Positions 42,102 through 51,402 of a stretch of 64,000 bases of DNA are shown here, piece after piece. The stretch spans positions 64,001-128,000 of the forward strand of contig JBFWNS010000006.1 of the NCBI GenBank assembly GCA_050250935.1. Direction: 5' to 3'. Positions within the stretch are counted from its first letter, which is position 1; each line of letters begins with the position of its first letter. The translations under genes and the position numbers were made by a program. The notes under the pieces are model-generated. The model saw nothing but the letters and a program-made list of their open reading frames with translations. It ran no database searches and was not told where the DNA came from. This stretch comes from Candidatus Margulisiibacteriota bacterium. Its GTDB lineage: Bacteria > Margulisbacteria > Marinamargulisbacteria > JBFWNS01.

Positions 42102-43276
42102 AGATTGCGATTTTGGGAGACGGGGTTACTGCAACCGCTGTTCGAGACGCTTGTTTGCGTTTGGGATTGGAAGAAACCGATATCGACCGTGCCGACTATG
42201 GGGTGGCCAGTCCCGGCATTCCGCCCAAAGACTATCCCAAAACCCAAACCCCGATTATTGCGGAAATTGAATTGGCCTATTTGCTTTGGGAACAGTTTGG
42301 CAACACCCCGCGCCTGATTGGGGTGACGGGGACCAACGGTAAAACAACGGTCACAGCCCTAATTGCTCATCTGTTGCAAGTGCCGGCGGCTGGCAATATT
42401 GGCTTGCCTTTAATTTCGCTGGTGAATCCCAAGGAAGCCCCACCTGCTGTGGTGGTGGAATTGAGCAGTTATCAGTTGGAGCGGTGTTTTCGGTTTCGGC
42501 CCGCAGTGGCTGTGGTGCTGAATCTGACCCCCGATCATTTGGCTAGACATGGGACCTTGGAAGCTTATGGCGAGGCCAAGGCGAGGATTTTTCAGGCCCA
42601 AACCCCAGATGATGTGTTGATTTATTACGATCAAGATCCCCGGGTGTCGGACTTGGTGCAATCGGCCCAATCTCGGTTGGTACCTTTTAACGAAACCCAT
42701 CCCATTCAATCGTTAATCAGCTCGCCTGCCTTGATTGGGGTTCACAATCGTCTGAATGGCATAGCGGCCTGCTTGGCTGCGACAGAATTGGGTTTGGATG
42801 CGACAACCCTTCGGGATCGTATGGTTGATTTTTCCCTGCCACCCCACCGTTTGGAATGGGTTTTAACCCACGAGGGCCGGGATTTTTACGACGATTCCAA
42901 GGCCACCAATCCCGATTCCGTGGAAGTCGCTTTGGCGGCTTTTGATCGACCTGTACATTTGTTGCTTTGTGGGGACGACAAAGGCTTGGATTTGACCAAC
43001 TTTGTCCGGCACGTCACACTGAACGCCGCATCGGTGGTGGTGTTTGGCGCCATTGCCGATCGGTTTGTGGGATTGTTCGAGGCTTTGGCCCCGACTTTTC
43101 CGGTTCAGCGCTGTTCCGTTATGCCCGAAGCCATTGCCAAGGCCTATGCGGTTTCCAAGCCTGGGGATGTTATTTTGTTGTCTCCGGCCTGTTCTAGTTT
43201 TGATCAATTCGACAATTTTAACCATCGGGGAGACGTGTTTAAAGCCCTGGTGAGGGAGACTTATGCCAGCGTCTGA
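42098..43276 (+). CDS. murD: UDP-MurNAc-L-Ala:D-Glu ligase
   Basis: SPGIP, TGTNGKTT, GNIG, ELSSYQL, DHL, DDSKATN, LLSPACSSFDQF. Confidence 0.95.
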   Translation: MKIAILGDGVTATAVRDACLRLGLEETDIDRADYGVASPGIPPKDYPKTQTPIIAEIELAYLLWEQFGNTPRLIGVTGTNGKTTVTALIAHLLQVPAAGNIGLPLISLVNPKEAPPAVVVELSSYQLERCFRFRPAVAVVLNLTPDHLARHGTLEAYGEAKARIFQAQTPDDVLIYYDQDPRVSDLVQSAQSRLVPFNETHPIQSLISSPALIGVHNRLNGIAACLAATELGLDATTLRDRMVDFSLPPHRLEWVLTHEGRDFYDDSKATNPDSVEVALAAFDRPVHLLLCGDDKGLDLTNFVRHVTLNAASVVVFGAIADRFVGLFEALAPTFPVQRCSVMPEAIAKAYAVSKPGDVILLSPACSSFDQFDNFNHRGDVFKALVRETYASV

Positions 43277-44468
43277 ACAAGGTCTAGCGGCCTCTAAAAT
43301 TGATTGGTTTTTTCTGTTGGCCATGGCTGCTTTGGTGCTGATTGGTGCCATTATGATGTTGTCTTCTAGTGCTGTGGTTGGCTTCACGAGCTTTAACGAC
43401 AGCTACTATTATGTCAAAAAACATTTGTTGTATTTGGCCATGGGCAGTGTGGCGTTTTTGGTGGGCATTCGGGTTCACCACAGTTTGTATAAAAAATGGG
43501 CCCTGCAGGGATTGGCCCTGGCCAGTTTCTTGATTTTGCTGACCATTATTCCTGGGATTGGGCAAAAAATGGGTGGGGCGAATCGGTGGTTGAATTTGGG
43601 TTTTTTTCAATTTCAACCTTCTGAATTGGCCAAGTTTTTTATTGTGGTGTTTTTGGCCGTTTCGTTGGAGCGCAAGCAGCGTTATTTAAAAAACTTTGCC
43701 AAGGGTGTTATGCCCATTTTGGCGGTGATAGCGGTTCCGGCCTTGATTTTGGCCTTGCAGCCCGATTTGGGGAACGTGATTTTGATTATGGGTGTGACCC
43801 TGACCCTACTGCTCTTAAGCGAAACCAAGATGGGCCAATTTACCCTGTTGGGCGGGTTGGCAGGTTTGGTGGTGGTGGTGAATGTGTTGATTCATCCCTA
43901 TCAGATGGATCGGGTGAAGTCTTTTATCGATCCGTGGCGGGATCCTGCCGGTAAAAACTACCACATCATCCAATCGTTTATTGCCATTGGGTCTGGGGGC
44001 TTTATGGGCCAAGGATTGGGGCAAAGCAAGTTAAAGTATTTTTATTTGCCCTTGCAATATTCCGATTTTATTTTCTCGATTATTTGCGAAGAAGGGGGCT
44101 TTGTATTGGGAGCCTTTGTGATTTTGTTGTTTGCGGTTCTGTTTCACCGTGGGTTTCATATTGCCAGACGGGCCAACAACCGGTTTTCGGCTTATTTGGC
44201 CATGGGGTTAACCTTACTGTTGGTGTATCAGGCCTATATTAATATTGCAGTGGTCATCGGGGTTTTTCCGGTTAAGGGGATTCCGTTGACGTTTATTAGT
44301 TTTGGGGGAACTTCCTTAATTGTATCGATGTTTGCTTCGGGTGTGATTTTGAACATTTCTAAAAATCAAGGCGAATTACCAGCCCGAACCCCAAGGTCAA
44401 AACCTGCAGCCGATGCGGAGCCCACGCCCTTTGTTCTGCGACGAGACTATGACAATCGCCCCACTTAA
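43263..44468 (+). CDS. ftsW: SEDS peptidoglycan polymerase FtsW
   Basis: GANRW, FQPSELAK, LQPDLG, DFIFSIICEE, SFGGTS; lies between murD and murG. Confidence 0.95.
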   Translation: MPASEQGLAASKIDWFFLLAMAALVLIGAIMMLSSSAVVGFTSFNDSYYYVKKHLLYLAMGSVAFLVGIRVHHSLYKKWALQGLALASFLILLTIIPGIGQKMGGANRWLNLGFFQFQPSELAKFFIVVFLAVSLERKQRYLKNFAKGVMPILAVIAVPALILALQPDLGNVILIMGVTLTLLLLSETKMGQFTLLGGLAGLVVVVNVLIHPYQMDRVKSFIDPWRDPAGKNYHIIQSFIAIGSGGFMGQGLGQSKLKYFYLPLQYSDFIFSIICEEGGFVLGAFVILLFAVLFHRGFHIARRANNRFSAYLAMGLTLLLVYQAYINIAVVIGVFPVKGIPLTFISFGGTSLIVSMFASGVILNISKNQGELPARTPRSKPAADAEPTPFVLRRDYDNRPT

Positions 44469-45528
44469 AATCGCTTTTACCTGTGGGGGGACGGGCGGTC
44501 ATGTGTACCCGGCCATTGCCTTGGCTCAAGAATGGGTGGCGATGGGGCATGAGGTGGTGTTTTTGACCTCGGACTCTCGCATTGATGCCGAAGGCGTGCG
44601 CCGCTATGGCTTTCCTTTGGAGACTGTTTCTGTAGACCGTAAAACCGGTTTTGGATTATTCAACTCTTTTTGGCAAGCTTATCGCTATTTTAAGACCCAC
44701 ACCCTTTCGGCTGTGGTTGCCACTGGGGGCTATGCCACCTTGCCGGTGGGCTTGGCCGCTTGGATGGCGGGTATTCCGCTTTATGTTCAAGAACAAAACA
44801 GCGTTCCGGGCCGGGTGAATCGACTTTTGGCCAGGGTAGCTCGACGTGTTTTTTTGACCTTTCCAGAATCTGGCCGGTTTTTCCCAGCATCCAAAATTCA
44901 AGTGGTGGGGAACCCCATTCGGCGAACCTTTTTAAAAGGCGAGGTCGAGGCTGTTTTTGAAGGCTTGGATCTGGCGCCTTGTCCCACGGTGTTGGTGTTT
45001 GGGGGCAGCCAAGGATCAGCCGCTTTGAATGCTGTGATGGCTGAGCAGTATGATGAATTTGTGGAAGCCCCTTATTGTTTGATTCATCTGACCGGTGGGG
45101 CCTTGCCAGACCCTCATCCCCGTTGGACGGTGGTGACGCCCCAGCTGGTGGCGGCTGCCGATGCCCAGGGTCGTATTAAAGTGGTGGTGATGTCCTATTT
45201 CGAGGCCATGGATTTGCTTTATGCCAAAGCCGATGTGGTGATGTCCAGAGCCGGGGCGACCACCTTGGCCGAGCTGTTGGCTTTTCATCAAAAAGCCATT
45301 TTGGTGCCCTATCCCTATGCGATGGACGATCATCAACGCCACAATGCCGAGGCCTTTTGTTTGACGGGTAATGGCACAGTCTTGCCCGAACAAGACATGA
45401 ATGAGGCTGTGGTTTGGGACTTGTTCCAGCGTTGGGCTTCTGCGCCGTATCGACCGGCGACCTTGCCTAATCAGGCCCGGGTTCAGATTACCCAGCAGCT
45501 TTTAACCGATTTGGGAGGACTGTCATGA
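44449..45528 (+). CDS. murG: Lipid II GlcNAc transferase
   Basis: GGTGGHVYP, EQNSVPG, GNPIR, GGSQG, RAGATT, HQRHNA. Confidence 0.95.
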   Translation: MTIAPLKIAFTCGGTGGHVYPAIALAQEWVAMGHEVVFLTSDSRIDAEGVRRYGFPLETVSVDRKTGFGLFNSFWQAYRYFKTHTLSAVVATGGYATLPVGLAAWMAGIPLYVQEQNSVPGRVNRLLARVARRVFLTFPESGRFFPASKIQVVGNPIRRTFLKGEVEAVFEGLDLAPCPTVLVFGGSQGSAALNAVMAEQYDEFVEAPYCLIHLTGGALPDPHPRWTVVTPQLVAAADAQGRIKVVVMSYFEAMDLLYAKADVVMSRAGATTLAELLAFHQKAILVPYPYAMDDHQRHNAEAFCLTGNGTVLPEQDMNEAVVWDLFQRWASAPYRPATLPNQARVQITQQLLTDLGGLS

Positions 45529-46484
45529 ATCCTGCTTATGCTGCTGTGATGGATGCCAATGTGAACCGTGTGGCGGAAGGGTTGAGGGTTATTGAGGAAT
45601 ACACCCGGTTTATTGCCGGCAAAAAAACCCTGACCGACCGTTTGGCGGTTTTGCGAAAGCACCTGAATCAGGTGCCTTATCCTTGGGAATCGTTGTTGGC
45701 CATCCGCGACACAGCCCAGGACATGAGGGCCAAAGAAATCCCCCAAACCCGGTCCGATTTGGTGGGTCTGCTTAAAGCCAATTTCAAACGGGTGGAAGAG
45801 GGATTGCGGGTCTTGGAAGAATATTCGGGTAACCCGGTTTACAACCAAGCCCGATACGATGTCTATGACTTGGAAAAAGAGGTGCTGTTGGGATTGGTTC
45901 AGAAAAACATTCGCCCTGGTATCTATTTGATTTCCGATTCTGTGGATGTGCTTCAACAAGGGTTGGCCTGGGGCGTGTCTGTGATTCAACTGCGGGACAA
46001 ACACGCCAGTAAGGCCGAGATTTTGGAAAAAGCCAGAGCTGTAGCGGCCCTGGACCGTGGGGATATTCCCTTGATTATCAACGATTTTATCGATATTGCG
46101 CTCTTGGTGAATGCCGATGGTGTGCACACCGGCCAAGACGATCTGGCCATTGGGTTTCAGCGGCAGTTGCTGGGCCCCCATCGCATCATTGGGCGAACCA
46201 CCCACAGTTTGGACCAAGGGCTTCAAGCTCAGGCCGAGGGGGCCGATTACATCAGTGTGGGGCCGATTTGGGAAACCCCTTCCAAACCCGGTCGAGCTGG
46301 GATTGGCTTCGACTATTTGGCTGATGCTTCGGCCCACTTAACCGTGCCTTATGTGGCCATCGGTGGGGTGAACCGTGGTAATATCGAGGCTGTGTTGGCC
46401 CATAATCCCCCCATGGTGGGATTGATTCGCGACTTTGAGGCTATTCCAGAGTTGCAAAGGAAGATGAATGCCCGATTTGCCTAA
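45525..46484 (+). CDS. thiE: ThiD2-ThiE fusion (thiamine-phosphate synthase with N-terminal ThiD2 domain)
   Basis: N-terminal DANVNRVAEGLRVIEE and NFKRVEEGLRVLEE; QLRDK, IIND, GVHTGQDD, TPSK, AIGG. Confidence 0.92.
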   Translation: MNPAYAAVMDANVNRVAEGLRVIEEYTRFIAGKKTLTDRLAVLRKHLNQVPYPWESLLAIRDTAQDMRAKEIPQTRSDLVGLLKANFKRVEEGLRVLEEYSGNPVYNQARYDVYDLEKEVLLGLVQKNIRPGIYLISDSVDVLQQGLAWGVSVIQLRDKHASKAEILEKARAVAALDRGDIPLIINDFIDIALLVNADGVHTGQDDLAIGFQRQLLGPHRIIGRTTHSLDQGLQAQAEGADYISVGPIWETPSKPGRAGIGFDYLADASAHLTVPYVAIGGVNRGNIEAVLAHNPPMVGLIRDFEAIPELQRKMNARFA

Positions 46485-46863
46485 AATTCTCTTGTTGGAA
46501 GACGAGGCTCTGCAATTGAACCGCATGGTCTCGATTTTGTCCCCTTATGCCACCCTGTTTGCCAAAGAAACCCAGGCTGAAACCCTGGTTGTTTTGGCCG
46601 AAAACCCCGATATCGCCCTGATTATTACGGATTTTAAATTCCCCGACGGGGATGGCAATAGCCTGATCAAAGCCCTGGTTGCTCAGGGTCAGGTTCCGCC
46701 CATTATTTTGCAGTCTGCCCACATGGCCCCACTCGATATGGTTTTGCCCGAATACCGGTCCTATGTGGTTGCGGTTTTGGAAAAACCCTTTGGCCGTTCA
46801 GTTTTTCTAGATTTGGTGTTGGCGCAGATTCAAGGATCGCCTAAAATAGATCCAAAGCTTTAA
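46468..46863 (+). CDS. Stand-alone receiver-domain response regulator
   Basis: LLLEDE, IITDFKFPDGDG, QSAH, EKPF. Confidence 0.85.
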   Translation: MPDLPKILLLEDEALQLNRMVSILSPYATLFAKETQAETLVVLAENPDIALIITDFKFPDGDGNSLIKALVAQGQVPPIILQSAHMAPLDMVLPEYRSYVVAVLEKPFGRSVFLDLVLAQIQGSPKIDPKL

Positions 46864-46879
46864 TTTTAAGGACGCCATC

Positions 46880-48070
46880 ATGCCAAAATTTATCGTGTGC
46901 TTGGGCGACGGCATGGCCGATTTGCCCATCGATCGTTTTAATGGAAAAACCCCCCTTCAGTTTGCCAAAACCCCCAACATGGATTGGTTGGCGGCCAAGG
47001 GTCAGTCGGGATTGGTTCACACGGTTCCTGCCGGCTTGAACCCCGGATCCGATGTCGCCAATATGGGTATTTTGGGCTATGACCCTCGCTTGTATTATAC
47101 CGGTCGTGGACCCATCGAAGCCGCCAGTATGGGGGTTCCGGTAGAGGACAATCAGGTTATTTTTCGCTGTAACCTGGTCACCCTTCAGGATGGGGTGATG
47201 GCCGATTTTACGGCTGGGCACATTACCACCGAAGAAGCCGATGCCATTTTGGTCAGTTTAAATGCCCATTTTGAGGGTCGGGGCTTAACCTTTTTTACTG
47301 GTGTGAGCTACCGCCACATTTTGCGGATGGACCAACGCTTTTTAGACTTGAAAACCCATGCCCCCCACGATGTCACCGACAAAGCTGTGGCGCCGTATTG
47401 GCCGTCTGGCTCTACGGCTGCCGAGTTGATGGCCCTTGTGGATGAAGCTGCCGAATTGTTAAGAACCCATCCGGTTAATGTGGGACGATTGTCCGAGGGC
47501 AAAAAACCCGTCACCCACATTTGGCCGTGGAGCCAAGGGCGGTATCCGAGCCTGCCTTCGTTCAAAGAAATCTGGGGCCTTACCGGTGGCATTGTTACCG
47601 CTGTGGATTTGCTGCGGGGCTTGGCCACTTTAACCGGTTTGGAATCGCCAGCGGTTAAGGGGGCGACCGGCTTTTTGGATACGAATTACGAGGCCAAGGT
47701 TCAGGCTGGTTTGGAGATCTTAAAGAACAACGATTTTTTGTATTTACACGTCGAAGCCCCCGATGAATGTGGGCACATGGGGGATCCCGAGCTTAAAGTT
47801 CAGGCCATCGAAGATTTTGATCGCGAAATTGTGGGCCGGGTTCTGGACTATGTGGCCAAGCACGACGATGTACATGTGTTGGTATTGCCCGATCATCCCA
47901 CCCCTTGTGCATTGAAAACCCATTCTCATGCCCCTGTTCCCTATGCCCTGTATTACAGTGGCATCGAGGCCGATGCGGTTCAAGCCTACGACGAAACCAG
48001 TGCCACGGGTTCTGGCGTTGAATTTGATACCCCTTGGGATTTGATGCGCCACTTTTTGGTGGGGCTCTGA
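46880..48070 (+). CDS. Cofactor-independent phosphoglycerate mutase, ApgM family
   Basis: GDGMAD, KTPL, PGSDVAN, GRGPIEAAS, HVEAPDECGH, PDHPTP. Confidence 0.88.
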   Translation: MPKFIVCLGDGMADLPIDRFNGKTPLQFAKTPNMDWLAAKGQSGLVHTVPAGLNPGSDVANMGILGYDPRLYYTGRGPIEAASMGVPVEDNQVIFRCNLVTLQDGVMADFTAGHITTEEADAILVSLNAHFEGRGLTFFTGVSYRHILRMDQRFLDLKTHAPHDVTDKAVAPYWPSGSTAAELMALVDEAAELLRTHPVNVGRLSEGKKPVTHIWPWSQGRYPSLPSFKEIWGLTGGIVTAVDLLRGLATLTGLESPAVKGATGFLDTNYEAKVQAGLEILKNNDFLYLHVEAPDECGHMGDPELKVQAIEDFDREIVGRVLDYVAKHDDVHVLVLPDHPTPCALKTHSHAPVPYALYYSGIEADAVQAYDETSATGSGVEFDTPWDLMRHFLVGL

Positions 48071-49347
48071 TGCCACTTCCGATTCTTTCTCCAACAGCTT
48101 CAGCCATCGCCCAACTGCACGCCTTTTCCGAAGGGGATACGGCGACGTTTCAGGCCACAGTGGAAACCATTCGCCAAGCGGTTTTGGAAAAAGGGGATGC
48201 TGCTTTGGTGGATTTTGCGGCTCAGTTCGATAAAATTGATCCCCAAACCTTTATCCTGACCGTTTCAAAAGCGGATATCCAAGCAGCTTACCAAGCGGTT
48301 TCACCGGATTTTTTAGCAGCGCTTCAACATGCCAAGACCAACATCGAAGCTTTTCATGTTAAACAACGTCCCCACTCTTTTTCCGAAACCACTGGGGCGG
48401 GCATCACGTCTGGGCTTCGGTATTCGGCCTTGGATCGGGCGGGTTTGTATGTGCCAGGCGGACGGGCTTTGTATCCGTCCACGGTGCTGATGAACGCCAT
48501 TCCAGCCACCGTGGCTGGGGTCCGAGATTTGGTAATGGTGACCCCTCCAAAACCCGATGGCAGTATTGACCCAACCTTATTGGTGGCCGCGGATTTATGT
48601 GGGGTGACCGAGATTTACAAAGTGGGCGGTGCCCAGGCTGTCTTTGCCTTGGCTTACGGAACCTCCGCCATCGCCAAAGTCGATAAAATTGTGGGGCCTG
48701 GCAACACTTTTGTAACCTTGGCCAAACAGCGGGTCTATGGGGTGGTGGACATCGACAAACCCGCTGGTCCTTCCGAGGTGTTGGTCTACGTGGACGATGT
48801 GGCCAATGCCAAGGTTGCTGCTGCCGAACTCTTGGCCCAATTGGAACACGACCCCCATGCCATTGCGGTGGGATTGTCGATTTCTCAACCTGTATTGGAG
48901 GCAGTAAATGCCCATTTGGAGGCCCTGTGGCCCACCTATTTGCGCAAAGACATCATCGCCCAGTCCCTTAAAAACAGTGTTTTGTTTAAAGCGGACTCCG
49001 AAGCCCAGGCCCTCGAGGTTATCAATGCCGTTGCTTCTGAACACTTGGTTTTGTTGACCGAAAACGCCGAGGCCATGCTTCCCCACATCCGCCATGCCGG
49101 TTCGATTTTTATGGGGCTGTATACCCCCGTTACACTGGGTGATTATTTTGCGGGTCCCAACCATGTTTTGCCAACTTCAGGCACGGCCCGATTCGCCTCG
49201 CCTTTGGGGGTGATGGACTTTATGAAGTTCTCGACCCATCTATGCTACCCCAAAGCGGCCCTTCAAGCAGCAGCGTCTAGCCTTAAAACCCTGACCGATG
49301 CGGAAGGGTTTGAGGGGCATTATCGGGCGGTGGAGGAGCGGCTGTAG
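48070..49347 (+). CDS. hisD: Histidinol dehydrogenase
   Basis: GLYVPGG, GGAQA, KIVGPGN, AGPSE, QLEHD, ASEHL, GPNHVLPT. Confidence 0.96.
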   Translation: MPLPILSPTASAIAQLHAFSEGDTATFQATVETIRQAVLEKGDAALVDFAAQFDKIDPQTFILTVSKADIQAAYQAVSPDFLAALQHAKTNIEAFHVKQRPHSFSETTGAGITSGLRYSALDRAGLYVPGGRALYPSTVLMNAIPATVAGVRDLVMVTPPKPDGSIDPTLLVAADLCGVTEIYKVGGAQAVFALAYGTSAIAKVDKIVGPGNTFVTLAKQRVYGVVDIDKPAGPSEVLVYVDDVANAKVAAAELLAQLEHDPHAIAVGLSISQPVLEAVNAHLEALWPTYLRKDIIAQSLKNSVLFKADSEAQALEVINAVASEHLVLLTENAEAMLPHIRHAGSIFMGLYTPVTLGDYFAGPNHVLPTSGTARFASPLGVMDFMKFSTHLCYPKAALQAAASSLKTLTDAEGFEGHYRAVEERL

Positions 49348-49369
49348 GGGATAATTTCTTCAATTTGAA

Positions 49370-49398
49370 TTGCTAATTTAAGAGCACCCGTATACACT
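49370..49398 (+). promoter_or_regulatory. Sigma70-type promoter for the CxxC-x17-CxxC gene
   Basis: TTGCTA-17-TACACT in an AT-rich intergenic gap; SD GAGGA follows. Confidence 0.5.
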
Positions 49399-49443
49399 TA
49401 AACGCTTTCAACTTTTAAATTTACCGAGTAGAGGATATGACCC

Positions 49444-49821
49444 GTGTTTAAAAAATTTAGCTCCGATAAATTCAGTGATCGAGGTCCCAAAAAACGAGGT
49501 TTTGAGGGCGGGGGGCGTTCGAATCTCTTCAAGGCTGTGTGCAGCGACTGTGGGTCGTCTTGCGAGGTGCCGTTTAAGCCCATGGGTGGTCGCCCGGTGT
49601 TGTGCGATGCTTGCTTTAAAAAAGACGGTCCTGCCTATCCCAAACCCGATCGTTATGACCGATCAGACCGAGGGGCAGAACGCGGTTTTGATCGGGGTTC
49701 AGAGCGTGGTTTTGACCGTGGACCTGCAGCTGGTGGCGATGTGTCGCGTCAGTTGTCGGCCATCAATGCCAAGCTAGACCGCATTTTGAGCATTCTGGAC
49801 GAGATCGACGAAGACTATTAG
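49444..49821 (+). CDS. CxxC-x17-CxxC zinc-finger protein with RG-rich linker
   Basis: AVCSDCGSSCEVPFKPMGGRPVLCDACF; C-terminal INAKLDRIL. Confidence 0.88.
   Translation: MFKKFSSDKFSDRGPKKRGFEGGGRSNLFKAVCSDCGSSCEVPFKPMGGRPVLCDACFKKDGPAYPKPDRYDRSDRGAERGFDRGSERGFDRGPAAGGDVSRQLSAINAKLDRILSILDEIDEDY
49666..49722 (+). repeat. Imperfect 24-nt coding tandem repeat (DRGxERGF)
   Basis: GACCGAGGGGCAGAACGCGGTTTT / GATCGGGGTTCAGAGCGTGGTTTT / GACCGTGGA. Confidence 0.7.
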
Positions 49822-51338
49822 CGTTTCAGCTGCCGTTTAAGTTCGTCGGGTGGGGCATGTAATAGCCCTTGTTTGAAAGCTTTTTCGGCTTTGTCTGGGG
49901 CCTTTTGTTGATGGTAAGCATCGGCTAGCACAAAGGCCGCGGTGTAAAAGGTTGGGCAGGTGTTCAGCACCTGCTCATAACAGGCAATGGCGGCCGTTAA
50001 ATCGCCTCTTTTTTCAAAAATCCAGCCTTCAACCAAGACGCCCCAAATGCCCAGGGTTCCAAATTCGGTTTTAAGGGTTTCAAGCAGGGGCAGGGTGGCT
50101 TCATAATCGCCGGCCATAAAATATTTCAAACTCAGGGCTGTTAAGAAGGTGTGGTTTTTTTGATCGGCTTCCGACAGGGTGGCGAGTAAGGCTTTAAAAA
50201 TGGGGGCCGTTGCCTCGACTTTTAAAAGGGTGGGTAGGGCGGTTTGAAGGGCATCCAAACAAGGGTCGTCGCTGGGATGAAGGTGGGTTTCGATCAGGTT
50301 TTTGTGGGCGGGGTTTTTAAAAATCACCCAGTCTTGTGTTTTGCCAGAATCTCGCTCGGTAAGCCAGGTGGAAAAGCCCAGTTGCTGGGTCAGAAAATTC
50401 AACAACGGATAATTTAGGCCATAAAAAAGGGTAGTGCCAAAGGGGGTAAACAGTTGGGCCATGTCCAAATTGCCCAGCTCGGTGCGTCCAAAATCGGCCA
50501 CACAATACAAGCCGTTGGGGTGTAGGGCGGCTTCGATGTGTTTAAAATGATCGGCCAGGGCTGGAATAAAATTAAAGCTGATGGGGCCTTTTAGCCCCGA
50601 GTTTTCCACAAATTGCCGAACCCAAATTTTGTCTTCTTCGGTCCAATACGGCAGATCGTCCATGGCCATTAATCCAAAGGTTTCGGACAGGGCCGGTACC
50701 CATTGGGGGGCAAGGGCCCGAGCGCGAAAGTCGCTGGGGTTTTGTAAAAGGTCGTGAAGGGCTTGGGGGGACAAGGGTGTTGGGGGATCTTGGGTGGTGT
50801 CCAAAACGGTTGCGCCCTCTTTAAGCTCGGTTTTGACCAAAATTTCGCAGATTTGGCCGATGTTAACCCCAATGTGTCGGGTGGGTAGGGCATCGAGCAC
50901 ATAGACGCTGTAACAAAACGCAATGGGATGGTCGGGAGAAAAGGTTAAAAAGTCGACATTTTCTAGCCGAATATGAGTGTCGTGGCGGGTTAATCGCTGG
51001 TCTTGAGCCCAATGTTGAAGGGTTTCGGCAGAGGATTCGGTTAGGTGCAGGCAAGTTTTGGCATAAAGATCGGGATAATCGCTTTCGAGGGTTTCTAAAA
51101 AATACCGGCCCAACAGGCCTAACCCAGCGCCCAATTCATAGACATGCAGGGTTTCGTCGGGAATGGTTTTGGCAACGTCGGCAAATAAGCCCACCAGTTG
51201 TTTGGCAAAAACGGGGCTGTTTCGGGACGAAAAGGGCACCTCTTGGGTAAAGAAGGTATCGATGCCAAACTGCCAACTGTTTCGGGAGGCTTGTTCGCGC
51301 AAGGAATGGGGTCTGCTGGCAAAGGGTTGAAGGATCAT
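49818..51338 (-). CDS. MidA/NDUFAF7-like SAM-dependent methyltransferase with C-terminal TPRs
   Basis: SPVFAKQL, YELGAGLGLL, VLDALP, ADFG; TPR-like GDLTAAIACYEQVL. Confidence 0.75.
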   Translation of the reverse strand: MILQPFASRPHSLREQASRNSWQFGIDTFFTQEVPFSSRNSPVFAKQLVGLFADVAKTIPDETLHVYELGAGLGLLGRYFLETLESDYPDLYAKTCLHLTESSAETLQHWAQDQRLTRHDTHIRLENVDFLTFSPDHPIAFCYSVYVLDALPTRHIGVNIGQICEILVKTELKEGATVLDTTQDPPTPLSPQALHDLLQNPSDFRARALAPQWVPALSETFGLMAMDDLPYWTEEDKIWVRQFVENSGLKGPISFNFIPALADHFKHIEAALHPNGLYCVADFGRTELGNLDMAQLFTPFGTTLFYGLNYPLLNFLTQQLGFSTWLTERDSGKTQDWVIFKNPAHKNLIETHLHPSDDPCLDALQTALPTLLKVEATAPIFKALLATLSEADQKNHTFLTALSLKYFMAGDYEATLPLLETLKTEFGTLGIWGVLVEGWIFEKRGDLTAAIACYEQVLNTCPTFYTAAFVLADAYHQQKAPDKAEKAFKQGLLHAPPDELKRQLKR

Positions 51339-51402
51339 GGGGGTATCCTAGCGGATTTTTGGGGTTGTCGTAAGGGGAGGCCTTTGGTTGAATAGAGAGT
51401 GT

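Noticed and set aside
42098..42230. murD pseudogene suggested by a short N-terminal domain
   Set aside because: The frame is intact, all catalytic motifs are present and it is coupled to both neighbours; likely a compact variant.
49648..49722. CRISPR-like repeat
   Set aside because: An in-frame degenerate coding repeat with no spacers and no cas genes.
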